A stretch of 63,396 nt of DNA from Circinaria calcarea. Lineage: Eukaryota. Below, piece after piece: positions 60,055-63,396 of the stretch. Location of the stretch: contig JAVECS010000004.1 of NCBI GenBank assembly GCA_051942165.1, positions 1 through 63,396 of the forward strand, given 5' to 3'. The notes beneath the pieces are model-generated. The model worked only from the letters and a program-made list of their open reading frames with translations, did not search any database and was not told the origin of the DNA. Positions within the stretch are counted from its first letter, which is position 1. Each line of letters begins with the position of its first letter. The position numbers and the translations under genes are program-made.

Positions 60055-63000
60055 ATGACTTTCAGCGTGGACAAGGTGGCCTTGGGACCGTTGATGGACG
60101 TCGGGAGATGGATAAAAGCGCACAACCCAGGATCACCGTTCAAGAAACGGCATCTGAGCTTCATCACCATCCATTGTATGTGTATTCGCTGCCCCGCTCT
60201 TGGGTGTGCCCTACATGACCACCGCTGCGGTTACACGATCATTGTGAATTTCGATTGCTAACAAACCGGCACAGATCTCTACATGATTTCCCTTTGCATC
60301 ATTGGATCCATTCTGATTTTTCCCGCTGGTGGGTTAAGGTACATTGATGCCCTATTCTTTGCTGCTGGCGCTACCACGCAGAGTGGATTGAACCCGTAAA
60401 TAAGACCCCAAGTACAACCTTACCCGAAGATACAGACTAACCGAGCACAAAGGGTAGATTTCAACAAGCTCAATACGTATCAGCAGGTCGGAACCGCCCT
60501 CCTTTATGATATGGCTGGCGTTGCTAAAACTGGATGCAGGTCGTTATTTACCTGTTGTGCATGATTGCAACACCCATCTTCATAAATACCTGTGTGGTTT
60601 TCGTACGGCTATACTGGTTTCAAAAACGCTTCCAGCATGTGGTGAGAGAGGCACGGAACCTTCGAAGGACTAGGAGCAGACAAAGGACAAACACACAAGG
60701 ACTGAGTGAGAAGGACCCTGGCAAAGAGGAAAGAGGCGTCAACGGACGAAGTATTGTAGTCCTCCATGGTGACAGGGATTTGGATGGAACCACGAACGGT
60801 GTGTTGTATTCAAAAAAGCCGGAAACTGAACCGAGCGGATCCAGTTCGTCCGATTCCTTGGACACACAGAGCAAGAACATAGATTCTCAGAGCCAGTTCA
60901 AGAAGCCTTGCCGCTCAGGGGTGCGGGCGCCTTCCTTCCGCCGAGACATTACTTTTGCAGACCAACTTCCTACAAGGACAGGCTTACATCCTCTTAGCGA
61001 GCTTTTGCCTCAGCAGATGAGTGCTGAGCAGCACATCGCATTCCTAGAGAATCAACGAAATCCTAAAGATAAAGGTGCACTTCGGATACCAGGTCCCCGT
61101 GAATTCGATCGTGGTGTTATACCAGAAACACTTCCGACCAATGACGATGGTGCATCTCTTGATCAGCAAGCCACTCACTCGACTGATGATCATGTAAATA
61201 TGCCCGGAAACACTCCAAACATCCAAGCTGTTATTGAATTGGACTCAAATGGCCACCCCGTAAAGCGCAACGTCACAGCAGATGGTTATCTTAATGGGGG
61301 TAACCCACATTTAGACGGTGCCAGTGAACCCAGCTCTGACGATTATCCAATGAAACGCAACATCACAATAGATGTTTCGAATCATCCTCGCCATAAGTTT
61401 AATCCTACGCTCCCTAGCTTGACGTTCAGGAAAACCGCAACGACCCAAAGCAAGCCAAATGCAGCATTTGATAGAGCTCCATCAACTGCGAGACCAAAGT
61501 CGAGAGCCAGGACTTTCGAGAGTACAAAGGGAGGCAAGGACCCTATACCTTATCTAAGCTGGCAACCGACCATTGGAAGGAACTCGGCCTTTGTTGATTT
61601 AACGGAGGAGCAAAGGGAAGAGCTAGGGGGGATCGAATATCGATCGCTTAAAACGCTTGCTATCATACTTATCTGTAAGTTCAATGCCTGAATTCAATTG
61701 GGCTTGAACAATGGCCTGTTAATCTTTCGGCAAAGCATATTATTTGTTCTTTCACCTGCTTGGCGTGGTTACCTTGACTCCATGGATTGTGCGCAGCGCT
61801 ACGTGGGGGCCTATTATTAATGCAGCCGGGCAATCACGAGCATGGTGGTAGGTCAGCTTCACGGTGCTTATACAGTATGTCTGACCACCTTTCTAGGGGA
61901 ATCTTTACGCCCGCTACTTGCTTCAACGATCTTGGGTTCACATTGACACCGGATTCGATGATCTCATTTCAACTGGCCGTCTTGCCGCTCTTGCTGGGAG
62001 CTTTCCTTATTATTATTGGAAATACTGGATTCCCGTGCATGCTCCGCTTCCTAATTTGGATCTTTACAAAATTGGTGCCACGAGACAGTGGCATCTGGGA
62101 AGAACTCAAATTTCTTCTCGATCACCCCCGACGCTGCTTTACCCTACTGTTTCCGGCCGATGCTAGCTGGTGGCTATTTTGGATCCTTGTCTTGCTCAAC
62201 GGCATCGACGTCGTGTTCTTTATAATACTTGATGTAGGTTGACTGCTCATGTGCGCTATGTGTCTCTAACGCGAACATTAGCTCAATGATCCCGTTGTCA
62301 CTTCCATCAACCCGCCCGGTTTTCGTGTCTTGAACGGGCTCTTCCAAGCTGCGGCAACGCGAACAGCAGGGCTAGCTGTTGTCAATCTCGCTGCTCTGCA
62401 CCCTGGGATTCAAGTATCGTACATGGTCATGATGTATATATCCATCTTCCCCATCGCCATCTCCGTTCGCCGTACCAATGTGTACGAGGAGAAAAGTCTG
62501 GGCATTTACGGTACCAAACCCGAGGATGACAAGGAGGACAAAGAGCCCAGCTATATCGGGGCACATCTTCGCCGTCAACTAAGTTTTGATCTCTGGTACA
62601 TATTTTTGGGATTATTCGTAATTGCCATTGCGGAAGGAGGTCGTTTACAAGATGTTCACGATGTTGGCTTTACGATGTTCGGTAAGCCGACACACCATGT
62701 CGTGCTAACCTTGTCACTGACGTTTGACGTTCAACCAGCTGTGCTTTTTGAGATTGTGTCGGCATACGGGACTGTTGGGCTGTCGCTTGGCTATCCCACG
62801 AACAATGCCTCTTTCTCTGCTGAATTTTCCGTCCTGTCCAAACTTGTTATTATCGCTATGCAAATCCGAGGCCGGCATCGCGGTTTACCATATGAACTCG
62901 ATCGCGCTATTCTCCTTCCCAGTGAAGCCCTTCACAAGAAAGAGGATCAAGATGCCGCCAATAGGATGCCAAGGGGAGCATCGACCACCAGTGTCTTTGG

Positions 63001-63217
63001 CACAGAATCCCTGGGGATGCGGTCACTGGGGGCGGGTTTGAGTATGGCAAGTGGACAGAGCAATGATCCTCGTGGTGAGCACGTAGGCGATCCTGTAAAG
63101 GAGCCGGAAGACGCGATGGAGCAGCATCATAATCACCATGTCAAGGGAGGGCTGGGCAAAATATTGGCCAAGGTTGCATCTCATCCCACGCTGACGAGGC
63201 CACCAACTAATCCATGA
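60055..63217 (+). CDS. TRK1: Trk-family potassium transporter
   Basis: DALFFAAGATTQSGLN, EELGGIEYRSLK, FNDLGFTLTPDSM, LDHPRRCFT, TRTAG, FEIVSAYGTVGLSLG, RGRHRGLP; multi-exon. Confidence 0.95.
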
Positions 63218-63396
63218 GCGCACACACGACAAGGAGGAGTAAATAACCTGGGAGGAAGCCATTTGGGACAGGGGTGGGCTTGTAACGGTATTTGACATGG
63301 AGCATTAGCATTGGGTAGCGTACGGGGTAAGCGTGGAGGACACATTGACTCGTACAGTTTAGATTATACTCGGTTTAGCGCGGCGTTGTAGGAAAA

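Noticed and set aside
61250..61375. Duplicated motif HPVKRNVTAD / YPMKRNITID in the Trk cytosolic loop
   Set aside because: Short duplication in a variable disordered loop; no evidence of function.

Overview
Gene-dense, intron-containing genomic DNA from a filamentous ascomycete (Pezizomycotina, inferred from short GT-AG introns with CTRAC branch sites and the gene content). A backbone of conserved housekeeping genes runs through the window: inositol 5-phosphatase, CHY zinc finger, proteasome alpha4 PRE6, DLD2, Sid1/SepL kinase, TIM22, glycogen synthase, FPP synthase ERG20, CDC23, VPS54, MCM5 and a Trk K+ transporter. Three accessory stretches interrupt it. (1) 0-3 kb: a frameshifted HET-domain pseudogene, an LTR-like repeat and an AT-rich relic. 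(2) About 19.9-31.2 kb: a CFEM protein, sulfite oxidase, GNAT, a hidden spliced and frameshifted Tse2-like ADP-ribosyltransferase toxin gene, an intact KP4 killer-toxin gene, and four different small TE relics (hAT MITE with 8-bp TSD, second LTR relic, T-shaped palindrome, TA-flanked MITE). (3) About 40.7-52.5 kb: a head-to-head pair of divergent paralogs (one broken), a GPI-type protein, ankyrin, SDR, a repeat-containing protein and a P450. No tRNA, rRNA or CRISPR features were recognised. All family assignments come from motif recognition by eye; no database searches were run, and exon boundaries were read manually.
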